Shown: positions 20,808 to 30,474, counted from the first letter of the stretch. The stretch is 64,000 bases of DNA from Flavobacteriales bacterium BRH_c54 (GCA_000961845.1 LADZ01000022.1:33329-97328); one strand, 5' to 3'. Notes: generated by a model not told the origin, from the letters alone. A program made the numbers and translations.

Positions 20808-20822
20808 CTCTCGCAAAGACGC
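20808..20822. repeat. GC-rich intergenic 15-mer CTCTCGCAAAGACGC, copy 1 of 2. Related copies sit at 50531-50545 and, near-matching, about 47320.
   Basis: Exact 15-nt identity between two intergenic regions of an AT-rich genome. Confidence 0.5.
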
Positions 20823-20950
20823 AAGGAAGCAAAAAATAGTTAATGGTTAAACGCTAAACATCAAACTTCAAATCTTAAACCTTGAACCTAAAAACCGTAT
20901 TTTCTTACTCAAAACCATTGTTACCAATAGATATTGTATAATTTTGAAGC

Positions 20951-21736
20951 ATGAACAAACTGAAGTTGCTTTTTAACTATCTCGGCTTTCTCTTAAAATC
21001 TAAGAATGAGCATGGTATTCAGTCTCCATTTGTTTTTGAGCTTTACACTCAGATTATTAAAGATGATCAAAAATATTATTGTTTTGATGATATTGAATCT
21101 ATAAGAGCTATGCTTTTGCTGAGTAAACAAAAAATTAACGTAACTGATTTGGGAGCGGGTTCAAAAGTTCATTCATCAACAGAAAGAAGAATTGCCAACA
21201 TCACTAAATTTTCTTCTAAGCCTGCAAAATACGGACAGTTATTATTTCGGTTAGCCAATAGGTTTAAACCATCATCTATTATAGAAATAGGCACATCGGT
21301 TGGAATTAGTACGATGTATTTAGCTGCTCACAACTCAAAATGTACAGTACACACCATTGAGGGTTGTCCTAACATCACTAAAATTGCGAAAATAAATTTT
21401 AAGAAAATAGGCTACAATAACATAAAAATTTACAATGATAGTTTTGAAAATGCGTTACCAACTATCGTTTCTCAACATAAAACGTTAGATTTTGTCTATT
21501 TCGATGGAAACCACACAAAAGCTGCTACGCTCTCCTATTTTAATATGTGCGTAGAAAAGACTTCTGTTAAAAGTGTTTTTATTTTCGATGATATTTATTG
21601 GTCGGATGAAATGAAAGCTGCTTGGGAAGAAATAAAAAAAGATCCTAAAGTTACTACCACCATTGATGTATTTGCTTTTGGGATTGTGTTATTCAACACC
21701 GATTTGAGTAAGGAAAATTTTGTATTGAGGTATTAA
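20951..21736 (+). CDS. Class I SAM-dependent methyltransferase (O-methyltransferase family 3-like).
   Basis: Rossmann-fold MTase motifs (IIEIGTSVGIST; FVYFDGNH). Confidence 0.65.
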   Translation: MNKLKLLFNYLGFLLKSKNEHGIQSPFVFELYTQIIKDDQKYYCFDDIESIRAMLLLSKQKINVTDLGAGSKVHSSTERRIANITKFSSKPAKYGQLLFRLANRFKPSSIIEIGTSVGISTMYLAAHNSKCTVHTIEGCPNITKIAKINFKKIGYNNIKIYNDSFENALPTIVSQHKTLDFVYFDGNHTKAATLSYFNMCVEKTSVKSVFIFDDIYWSDEMKAAWEEIKKDPKVTTTIDVFAFGIVLFNTDLSKENFVLRY

Positions 21737-21739
21737 TTC

Positions 21740-22393
21740 TTAAAAAGAAACATTTTCTTTTTCTCCTAAAAACTTAGGTTTGGTGTTAAGAATATATACA
21801 TCTATTACCGCAAGTGTTTTAGCCAAATACTCTCTCAATTGAGTTTTAAAAGCATATTTTTCAGGTGGATTTTGGGCAGCATAGGCAATTGCATTAATAT
21901 TAAACTTATTGGCGATAAACAAAGCTCTTTCTACATGGAAACGCTGAGAGATAATGACAAAATTATTTTGCCCGAAAACTTCTTTACACCTAACCACAGA
22001 ATCTAAGGTTCTGAAACCTGCAAAATCTAACGTAATTGCACTATCAGGAATACCTAATTTCACTAGGGCTTTAAACATTTGTCGGGGCTCATTGTATTCT
22101 AACAAACTATTATCACCACTTACAATAATGTGTTTTATTTTTTTATTGTGATAAAGTGCTGCAGCAGCTTCAATGCGGTATTTAAAGAATAAATTTGTTC
22201 TTCCTTTAATGGTGTATTCACTTGTACCAAGTAATAAAGCAACAGGATAATCCTCAGGAAAATCTTCTATCTGATTATAAATAGCAGCTTTTGTAGAATT
22301 AATAATTACGATATTGCTAAAGGTTACTAACAACACCAAAGCAACAACACTTATAATAAAAAACCCTACAACCTTCCTTCTTGTAATTCGCAT
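21740..22393 (-). CDS. SanA/YdcF (DUF218) family membrane-anchored protein.
   Basis: N-terminal TM helix and a DUF218 core (HIIVSGDN...; RTLDS). Confidence 0.65.
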   Translation of the reverse strand: MRITRRKVVGFFIISVVALVLLVTFSNIVIINSTKAAIYNQIEDFPEDYPVALLLGTSEYTIKGRTNLFFKYRIEAAAALYHNKKIKHIIVSGDNSLLEYNEPRQMFKALVKLGIPDSAITLDFAGFRTLDSVVRCKEVFGQNNFVIISQRFHVERALFIANKFNINAIAYAAQNPPEKYAFKTQLREYLAKTLAVIDVYILNTKPKFLGEKENVSF

Positions 22394-22475
22394 TAAAATT
22401 TAATTTAACAGACATAAAAAATTCCCATAAAATTATGGGAATTTTTATACTATTTGATGTTAATTGAACTATTTA

Positions 22476-24572
22476 TTATTCAAATACTTCGTCACCTAAT
22501 TTAGTGTTTATTTCAACTGCTGTTACCGTCATGTCCAAAGTTTGTGGACCAAAAACTTGTTTGGTTTTATGAGCAAACATAATTCCGTTTACTTCTTTAT
22601 AATCAGATAGCTCTGTAACAACCGTAATTGGTTCAGGCATTTTATCATTTTCTTGAACAGACATCGATTTTACTTTTAAACCTGAAGCTACATTAAACCA
22701 TTCTGTTTCTGTTTCACCATTTGGTTTAGTTTGAACCATTTTATAAGCATCTTCACCATTAATTGGTTCAACTCCTAACAATTCATAAGTAATTCCATGG
22801 TCGGTATATTTAGCATCTAAGAACATTACCGAACTAAATTTTAAATCTTCCAAGTCATCTCCGGTAATATCTTCATTACCTTGCATACCAGAAGATTTTC
22901 CTGTAGTTCCATTAAAAGTCTGCTTTTGAATTACCATTGTTCCCATAGTAATTGCATTGGCAAACTTATTTGGTGCTTTTTGGTAACGAGTAACATTGAT
23001 AGACTGTCCTTGTATAGAAGCATCCATTCTTACAGTAATATCTTTAATTTTCTTTAATTTTTTGTCTAACGCTTTACCTTTAGCAACGCCATATTTTGCT
23101 TCTATGTATTTATTCATAACTGTTTCAGCAGTTACTCCTTCCGGTGCAGGTTTTAATGCTTCAACATAATCATTTCCATAAATATCATAATAGCTAATTT
23201 TTTGGTCAGCATCAAACTCTGTAAGTTTATCCGCAATTTTTTTATTTCCAACTACTAAAATAATAGCATTGTTTGGAGTAATATATTTCTCAGCCATTTC
23301 TTTCACATCATCAACAGTTACCGCTGCAATTTGCTCCATGTAAGTAGCGTAATAATCTGCAGGTAATTTATATTTTTCAGTTTCTATGGCAAAACGAGCA
23401 ATGGTTTGTGGATCTTGTAAGGTGTAAGCAAAAATTCCTGATGCGTAATTTTTCATTCCTTGTAATTCATCAGCAGTAACTTTTTCATCAGCTATTCTAT
23501 TTAACTCTACCATAAACTGAGTTAAAGCACTATCGGTAACATCATTTCTCACTTTAGCATTAGCATTAAAATAACCTACTAATTCATCTGCACTTAGTGT
23601 AGAGTAAGCTCCATAAGTGTAACCGTGTTTCTCTCTTAAGTTCATGAATAATCTTGCTGTAGCACTTCCTCCTAAAATAGAATTAAGAATTCTTGTTTTA
23701 ACAACATCCGGATTACTTTTCTTAAGGTTTACAGGATAAGTAATATTAATTACCGACTGAGAAGCTCCTTCTTTATGCACAAAAGCTACTTCTGTTTGTT
23801 TTGGTGCAGCAGGCATTTTGTATTTGTTTACAGGCACATCCGCTTTTTCCCAAGCAGCAAAATACTTTTCAATTAATGGTTGAATTTCTTTAACACTCAC
23901 ATCTCCAACAACTGCTAAGTAAGAAACATTTGGTCTGAAATACGTTTTGTAATAATTTTTACAAGCTTCTAAAGTAACATTTTCAACTGTTTCTTCAGTA
24001 GTAATTTCTCCATAAGGATGTTTTTTACCATAAATCAATACTGATCTAACATTTGCTGCAATAGCATCCGGATCATCTTTAGATGATGCAATTCCTGAAA
24101 TGGTTTGCTTTTTTAGTTTATCTAATTCTTCTTGTTTAAAGTCTGAATTTAGCACCACATCAGAAAGAATTTCTAAAATTTTAGCTTGATGTTTTTTTAG
24201 TGATGAAGCATAAACACCATTTGCAGAAGTGCTTAATGTAGCACCAATAAAATCGATTTCTTCATCTAATTGTTGCTTAGTTCTGTTGGTTGTACCTCTT
24301 TCTAACAACTGTCCGGTAATATCTACATAACCTTTCATATCGCCTTCTAAAACAGGATCAACATCTAAGCTTAATGAAAAAGCTACTTTAGGCAATTTAT
24401 GATTTTCAACCACAAATACTTTTAATCCGTTTGGTAAAGTAAATGTTGCCGGTTGGCTTAAATTAATTTTTGGTGCAGGAGCAGGAGCAGGCACTTTGCT
24501 TCTGTCTAGTTTCTGTGCAAAAGCACCTGTAATCATTGTTAATGATAAAATATATATGCTTAATTTTTTCAT
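22476..24572 (-). CDS. M16-family peptidase homolog, the larger paired subunit. No HxxEH motif is apparent, so it is likely non-catalytic.
   Basis: Signal peptide, M16 fold blocks, and adjacency to an HxxEH-containing M16 peptidase. Confidence 0.75.
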   Translation of the reverse strand: MKKLSIYILSLTMITGAFAQKLDRSKVPAPAPAPKINLSQPATFTLPNGLKVFVVENHKLPKVAFSLSLDVDPVLEGDMKGYVDITGQLLERGTTNRTKQQLDEEIDFIGATLSTSANGVYASSLKKHQAKILEILSDVVLNSDFKQEELDKLKKQTISGIASSKDDPDAIAANVRSVLIYGKKHPYGEITTEETVENVTLEACKNYYKTYFRPNVSYLAVVGDVSVKEIQPLIEKYFAAWEKADVPVNKYKMPAAPKQTEVAFVHKEGASQSVINITYPVNLKKSNPDVVKTRILNSILGGSATARLFMNLREKHGYTYGAYSTLSADELVGYFNANAKVRNDVTDSALTQFMVELNRIADEKVTADELQGMKNYASGIFAYTLQDPQTIARFAIETEKYKLPADYYATYMEQIAAVTVDDVKEMAEKYITPNNAIILVVGNKKIADKLTEFDADQKISYYDIYGNDYVEALKPAPEGVTAETVMNKYIEAKYGVAKGKALDKKLKKIKDITVRMDASIQGQSINVTRYQKAPNKFANAITMGTMVIQKQTFNGTTGKSSGMQGNEDITGDDLEDLKFSSVMFLDAKYTDHGITYELLGVEPINGEDAYKMVQTKPNGETETEWFNVASGLKVKSMSVQENDKMPEPITVVTELSDYKEVNGIMFAHKTKQVFGPQTLDMTVTAVEINTKLGDEVFE

Positions 24573-24619
24573 GTCTATCTTTTTAATTGTTTTGATTAGT
24601 TAATGATTTTAGCTATTAA

Positions 24620-25957
24620 TTATTTTTCTTTAGGTAAATAATGTAAAACCACTCTATTATCTTTTCTGAAATATTTGTTAGCTACACGTTTTAAATCTTC
24701 ACGTGTTACTTTCATGTATCTGTCAATTTCTGTATTGATTAAGTTGGCATCGCCATAATATACATGATAGTTAGCTAAATTTTCAGCAATTCCTTCCACT
24801 TTTGCATTTTTAGAAACCATATCGCTTTCAATTTGGTTTTTCATTTTTTGGAATTCTTCTTCAGAAATTAATTCATTCTGCACTTTTTCAACTTCTTTGT
24901 CAATAGCCACTTCTAAATCATTTATTGCAACGCCCATATTGGCTATTCCAAACATTAATGATAATCCCGGATCTTCTGTTGGAAAAGGAAATGCACCTAC
25001 AAATAAGGCTTTTTGTTGCTCATCAACTATACTTTTTTGCAATCTAGAACTATTTCCTTGAGAAAGAATTTGAGCCAACATTTCTACTGCATAAGCATCT
25101 GGTGTTCCTTGAGCAGGTGTATGGTAGCCCATCATTACTGCCGGTAACTGAACATTATCATAAACAGTATCTCTAATTTCTTTCTTTTTTTCAGGCTCAA
25201 CAATTGTTGGTCTTTCAATTTTCTTTGTTCCTTTAGGAATTTCAGAAAAATACTTGTTTATCCATTGCTTTGCTTGTTTAATATCAAAATCTCCCGCAAT
25301 AGATAAAGTAGCATTATTTGGCACATACCACGTTTTGTAAAAATCTCTAAACTCTTCAATTTTTGCTTGATTTAAATGCTCTAATGAACCTATTGGCACC
25401 CATTGGTAAGGATGTTCTTCAAAAGCTCTTCCAAACATTTCCATTAAAAAAGAACCGTAAGGTCTGTTTTCAAAAGATTGTCTGTACTCTTCTTTTACTA
25501 CTTCTCTTTGCGTTTCCACACCTGTTTCATCAATTTTAGCGTGCAACATTCTTTCCGCTTCCATCCATAAGCCCAATTCTAATTGGTTAGAAGGCAATAT
25601 TTCAAAATAAAAAGTTCTATCAAAAGAAGTATTAGCATTTAAAATACCTCCGTTAGAACTTACCATTTTCATATATTCTCCTCTGCCAATATTTTCAGAA
25701 CCTTCAAACAATAAATGTTCGAAAAAGTGAGCAAAACCTGTTCTGTTAGGATCTTCATTTTTAGAGCCTACATGATATAAAACAGTAACTGCAACAATTG
25801 GTGTTGATTTGTCTTGATGTAAAATCACATTTAAGCCATTATCTAGCTTAAATTGCTCAAATTTAATTTTGTTTGCCTGAGCATTAGCTCCTGTAAATAC
25901 AGCTAAACACAGGGCTGTTGATATTAAAATTTTCTTCATAGTATAGTTGTTATTCAT
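24620..25957 (-). CDS. M16-family zinc metallopeptidase (insulinase-like) with an intact HxxEH motif.
   Basis: HFFEHLLFEGSEN matches the inverted zincin motif HxxEH...E. A signal peptide is present. Confidence 0.85.
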   Translation of the reverse strand: MNNNYTMKKILISTALCLAVFTGANAQANKIKFEQFKLDNGLNVILHQDKSTPIVAVTVLYHVGSKNEDPNRTGFAHFFEHLLFEGSENIGRGEYMKMVSSNGGILNANTSFDRTFYFEILPSNQLELGLWMEAERMLHAKIDETGVETQREVVKEEYRQSFENRPYGSFLMEMFGRAFEEHPYQWVPIGSLEHLNQAKIEEFRDFYKTWYVPNNATLSIAGDFDIKQAKQWINKYFSEIPKGTKKIERPTIVEPEKKKEIRDTVYDNVQLPAVMMGYHTPAQGTPDAYAVEMLAQILSQGNSSRLQKSIVDEQQKALFVGAFPFPTEDPGLSLMFGIANMGVAINDLEVAIDKEVEKVQNELISEEEFQKMKNQIESDMVSKNAKVEGIAENLANYHVYYGDANLINTEIDRYMKVTREDLKRVANKYFRKDNRVVLHYLPKEK

Positions 25958-26149
25958 TAATATTTGAAATCTATTCAGCGAAAATAAGAATTATTCCTAC
26001 TTCATTTATCACAAAATACATCAATGGTTAAATTTTATTATAAGTGGTTTAGAAGTTTAGTTTAATAGATTAAAAGTTTATGAGTTTAGTTTACCTATTG
26101 TTTAATTTCAAACTTCAGTCTTCTCACTTATGATTATCAGTCTCTAATT

Positions 26150-26788
26150 TTATTTTAGCTTACTATAATACTTGCAAAAATGAGTAATCTCGCATTTATC
26201 GCATTTAGGTTTACGTGCAACACAAATGTATCTTCCGTGCAGAATTAACCAATGGTGAGCAATGGGAATAACTTCTTCAGGCAAATATTTAACCAATTGT
26301 TTTTCAGCAGCCAATGGTGTTTTAGCATTGGTAGTTAACCCCAGCCTTTCGGCAACTCTAAACACATGTGTATCTACCGCCATAGCCGGCTTACTATAAA
26401 TAACACTGGCAATAACATTAGCTGTTTTCCTACCTACTCCGGGCATTTTTTGTAATTCATCTATTTCTGACGGAACAACATTGTTAAAATCATTTACCAA
26501 CATATTCGCCATCCCTACAATGTGTTTCGCTTTATTATTTGGATAACTTACACTTCTTATATACTCAAAAACTTCTTCCACATCGGCAATAGCCAACTCA
26601 TTGGCATTAGGAAAACGCTCAAACAAATCTTTTGTAACCATGTTCACTCGCTTGTCAGTGCATTGTGCCGAGAGTATTACCGCTACTAATAATTCATAAG
26701 GATTACTATAATTCAACTCCGTTTCGGCAATAGGCTGATGTTTACTAAAGTAGTCTATAAAATGTTGGTAGCGTTCTTTTATTGTCAT
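26150..26788 (-). CDS. nth: Endonuclease III (DNA glycosylase/AP lyase).
   Basis: HhH-GPD fold with a C-terminal [4Fe-4S] cluster (CVARKPKCDKCEITHFC). Confidence 0.9.
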   Translation of the reverse strand: MTIKERYQHFIDYFSKHQPIAETELNYSNPYELLVAVILSAQCTDKRVNMVTKDLFERFPNANELAIADVEEVFEYIRSVSYPNNKAKHIVGMANMLVNDFNNVVPSEIDELQKMPGVGRKTANVIASVIYSKPAMAVDTHVFRVAERLGLTTNAKTPLAAEKQLVKYLPEEVIPIAHHWLILHGRYICVARKPKCDKCEITHFCKYYSKLK

Positions 26789-26859
26789 GGAAACAAAATT
26801 AGTTTATTCCATACATTTATTCCTAAAAAATAGATTGAATCTAATAAATTGAGTTATTT

Positions 26860-27666
26860 TTGAGCCTCATTTTAACCATTATGCACGATAGACACACAAA
26901 TAGAGAACGATATTTTAACGAACAAGTTTTTACCACTACCAACTATGTTATTCCTTATTTAAAAGGCTTAATGGATATTACTCCCGAAACTACTGTTGCT
27001 GAAATTGGTTGTGGCGAAGGTGGTAACTTACTTCCTTTTTTAGACTTAGGCTGTAAAATTATTGGTATCGACCTTGCTGTTAACAAAATAGAAAATGCTA
27101 AAAAGTTTTTTGATAATCATCCTAATAAACAACTTGCTACTTTTATTGCCGAAGATATTTACAAGGTAAATCCTGCCGATTATCCCCAGTTTGATTTGAT
27201 TATTATGAGAGATACTATTGAGCATATTCCTAATCAGGAAGTGTTTTTAGAGAACCTCAAACAATTTTTATCTCCCAAAGGAATAGTATTTTTTGCATTT
27301 CCTCCTTGGCGTATGCCTTTTGGCGGACATCAACAAATTTGCAGAAGCCGCTACCTTAGTAAATTGCCTTATTTCCATTTACTACCCAATTTTTTGTATG
27401 TTGGCATGCTTAAAATGTTTGGTGAAAACCAACAAACGATAAATTCCCTGCTAGAAATTAAAGATACCGGAATTTCTATCAGTAGATTTGAGAGAATTGT
27501 AAAAAATTGTAATTATAAAATTGAGAAAAAAACTTACTACATGGTTAATCCTAACTATGAAATTAAATTTAAGCTAAAAACCAGAATACTACCGGGAATA
27601 ATGAATATTCCTCACTTCAGAGATTTTTTTACTACTGCCATGTATTGTGTGATTTCTAAAAACTAA
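26860..27666 (+). CDS. Class I SAM-dependent methyltransferase.
   Basis: VAEIGCGEGGNL motif I and LIIMRDTIEHI post-I region. Confidence 0.65.
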   Translation: MSLILTIMHDRHTNRERYFNEQVFTTTNYVIPYLKGLMDITPETTVAEIGCGEGGNLLPFLDLGCKIIGIDLAVNKIENAKKFFDNHPNKQLATFIAEDIYKVNPADYPQFDLIIMRDTIEHIPNQEVFLENLKQFLSPKGIVFFAFPPWRMPFGGHQQICRSRYLSKLPYFHLLPNFLYVGMLKMFGENQQTINSLLEIKDTGISISRFERIVKNCNYKIEKKTYYMVNPNYEIKFKLKTRILPGIMNIPHFRDFFTTAMYCVISKN

Positions 27667-27724
27667 GTTTAGTTTTATGGAATTTCGCTTTTAATTGCAT
27701 CAACTTTGATGTAAAATTGCATTT

Positions 27725-29035
27725 ATGAAGCTATTTATCCGAATTTTCATTTTCATTATTTTGCTACCAACAGCTACCATGTATGCCCAAGAGCAAGTAA
27801 AAGTTAATGGAAAAATTCTTGATAAAACCACTCAACAAGCCATAGAGAATGTACACGTTAAGGTACATCATCAAAACATTATAAGTCGTACCAACAACAA
27901 AGGCGAGTTTGAAATTCGCTTTCAACATCAGCAATTTACTACCTTGGTTATTTCTCATACTTCTTACAATACCCACTACGAAGTAATTATCAATAATACC
28001 GATAGTATTTACCTCAACATTACTTTAGAACAAAAAGTAGTGGCTTTAAATCCTGTTGAAATTACCAGTAGCAACGAACCTATTCCTGTTTTTAAAAGTG
28101 TAGAAATAAATATTTTAGATTACGAATTTCATCAAGATAAATTTGTTTTTATTGCTTATGAAAAAAATCCTGATAAAGACAGCAAACTGTATTTGGTAGA
28201 TGAAAATGAAGAAATTTTAGCTTCACATTTTATTCCTTGCACTCCAAAAGAACTTTACACCGATTACCTCGGGAACATTAACCTTATTTGTAATGATGCC
28301 ATTTATCGCATAGAAATTATTGGCTACAACTTCACGCTTTATAAATTACCCTTGGAAGATTTTTACCAAATGATTAAACCCATTGTTGACAGCACCGGAA
28401 ATTCTCTTATTTTCTCTGATTTTATGCGCGATTTTCCCAAGTTTAAATACTATGCTTACAACACACAAGATACTTCTATAAGTGTGATAAAAGAGGTTGT
28501 TCATCATGATATGGAATGGCAATACTTATATGAATACCATGATTTGAATAATGCCCAACGACAATTTGCCAAACGTATGGCAAAGCGTTATAAAAATTAC
28601 GACAAACACGATATTGCCGCCATGATGACCGGATTTTCTCGCAACTTTTTATACGACCCTGTTTATGCTCCTTTATTTGTGAGTAATGATACCTTACTCA
28701 TTTTCGACCATTACGATAATTTTATTTGGAAATATACACAAGACACCTTGCTAACAGATAGCATCATTATTGATTACCACCAAGAAAAAAGCAATGGGAA
28801 ATGGAAAAAACAATTGTTAATGGACGAGCTTAACGGAACAGTTTATGCCTTATTTATAAAGCAAGGATATTACCTTTTGAAACACATTAACACCAACACG
28901 GGCAAAGTAGCCGATACTTTTCAGTTACAGCACCAATTTGTATCTAAAATAAAAATTAAAGATGGTTTTGTTTACTACACCTACAAACCACAACAAACCC
29001 TACAAAAGAAGTTTTTATTTAAAGAAAAATTGTAG
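27725..29035 (+). CDS. Secreted hypothetical protein with an N-terminal carboxypeptidase-regulatory-like domain.
   Basis: Signal peptide; VKVNGKILDKTTQQAIENVHVKV matches the CarbopepD_reg-like pattern. There is no T9SS CTD. Confidence 0.45.
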   Translation: MKLFIRIFIFIILLPTATMYAQEQVKVNGKILDKTTQQAIENVHVKVHHQNIISRTNNKGEFEIRFQHQQFTTLVISHTSYNTHYEVIINNTDSIYLNITLEQKVVALNPVEITSSNEPIPVFKSVEINILDYEFHQDKFVFIAYEKNPDKDSKLYLVDENEEILASHFIPCTPKELYTDYLGNINLICNDAIYRIEIIGYNFTLYKLPLEDFYQMIKPIVDSTGNSLIFSDFMRDFPKFKYYAYNTQDTSISVIKEVVHHDMEWQYLYEYHDLNNAQRQFAKRMAKRYKNYDKHDIAAMMTGFSRNFLYDPVYAPLFVSNDTLLIFDHYDNFIWKYTQDTLLTDSIIIDYHQEKSNGKWKKQLLMDELNGTVYALFIKQGYYLLKHINTNTGKVADTFQLQHQFVSKIKIKDGFVYYTYKPQQTLQKKFLFKEKL

Positions 29036-29079
29036 TGCGTTATTTTTCAATGGGTTTTAATGTATTTTTTATATATTTG

Positions 29080-29165
29080 GGGAAAAATAAGTATGATATT
29101 TTTCATACATATACAACAACATGTTGATAGGTATGTATGTAAAAAACATACATATATACAAGTTA
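29080..29165. promoter_or_regulatory. Cluster of direct and inverted copies of CATACATATA immediately upstream of the 29189 gene. This is a candidate operator/promoter region.
   Basis: tttCATACATATACaacaacatgttgatagGTATGTATGTaaaaaaCATACATATATACaag. One perfect 9-10 bp hairpin plus two direct copies. Confidence 0.3.
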
Positions 29166-29188
29166 TGAGCAAGCTTAAATAGAGAGAC

Positions 29189-29872
29189 ATGAAGAAAAAA
29201 ACAATAGATTATTTCATGTTTATTAAAATCAGTAATGACAAGTTTATTGATTCATTGCAGCAAAAGGGTCATATTTATTGTAATTCAATTAAATATTTCA
29301 GGACTATTGAAGATAATGGTATTAGAGGAGATAAAAATGAAGGCAAAGCCTATTTAAAGCAGGTTAAGGATTTTGAAATATCGCTTGAAGGTAAAGTCAT
29401 AGCAAAAGCGGAAAAAGCCCAAATATATTTTGATCATCCAGAAGACATTGGAAATTTATTTTGCTTGTATGGAGTTCAGTCATCTCTAGTAAATCTTACT
29501 AAAAAGTCACTTCAAAAAATTAAAATTGAAAACCAATCAAAAAAATTTGGCCAGAGTGCTTTATTAATTCATAATCCTGAAGAATTTATAAATCGAATTT
29601 CAAAAGAACTTAAAAGACTTTCCAAAGAATTCAATTTCTCTCTTGTACATTATTTTGATCCGGAAACATATGAGGGAGAATTAAGCCCATTTTACAAATC
29701 GAACAAATACGAGTATCAGAATGAAGTTCGCTTTTGGATCCCACAAAATGAAGAAAGGACATTTGAATTTTACATTGGAGATATTTCTGATATTAGCCAC
29801 AAAATACCAATTGGTGATTTAGATAAAATTGAAGTAGAAGTAATAAAGCCAGCTCATAACAGCGGCTCATAG
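29189..29872 (+). CDS. Orphan hypothetical cytoplasmic protein (227 aa). No recognisable domain.
   Basis: Intact ORF with an ATG start, no signal peptide, and lysine-rich sequence. It is flanked by repeat-rich, GC-anomalous intergenic sequence. Confidence 0.5.
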   Translation: MKKKTIDYFMFIKISNDKFIDSLQQKGHIYCNSIKYFRTIEDNGIRGDKNEGKAYLKQVKDFEISLEGKVIAKAEKAQIYFDHPEDIGNLFCLYGVQSSLVNLTKKSLQKIKIENQSKKFGQSALLIHNPEEFINRISKELKRLSKEFNFSLVHYFDPETYEGELSPFYKSNKYEYQNEVRFWIPQNEERTFEFYIGDISDISHKIPIGDLDKIEVEVIKPAHNSGS

Positions 29873-30000
29873 TGCATGCCGCAGGTAGTGCTTGTTTAGA
29901 AAGATATTCGTAAATTAGAAGATAGTGCAAATAAAGGAAAATATTAGTAAAAATGCGGCACGCACCATAGCCGCAGGACGTTAGTACTCATTAAGAAAAA

Positions 30001-30465
30001 ATGACAGATAAAGAGGAGTACATAAAGACTAAAGTTGAAATTCTAAGAAATGAATTGAAAAAGTTTATTATTTTCTTCGAACAAGGGCTTGATTATGATA
30101 AAATGGTATATGAATACTGGAATGCTAAAGACGTTTTAGGACACATTACTTTTTGGCACGAGAGTTTTGCAAGGAATATTTCGGATTTAGGCAAGAATAT
30201 TAAACCAAGTCCCTTAAAAGGAAAACTGTCAGAAGTTAACAAGCAAAGTGTTGAAACAACAAAAAACGAGTCAGTAGAAAACCTGATTAAACGATTGAAA
30301 GAAGCACAGAACACAATCGAAGAATATGTTTTTCTTGATAAGGTAAATCTGATTCCCTACAAAAAGGGTTCACGAGATTATTCAAAATTAGAGCATTTGG
30401 AAGTTGTATCAAATCACATTCACAAACACCTAAAAGATATTTCAAAAAAATATAGCACAACCTAA
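30001..30465 (+). CDS. ClbS/DfsB-family (DUF1706) four-helix-bundle protein.
   Basis: YEYWNAKDVLGHITFWHESF matches the DUF1706 W..KD.LAHL..W core. Length is 154 aa. Confidence 0.55.
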   Translation: MTDKEEYIKTKVEILRNELKKFIIFFEQGLDYDKMVYEYWNAKDVLGHITFWHESFARNISDLGKNIKPSPLKGKLSEVNKQSVETTKNESVENLIKRLKEAQNTIEEYVFLDKVNLIPYKKGSRDYSKLEHLEVVSNHIHKHLKDISKKYSTT

Positions 30466-30474
30466 AAACCTTCC

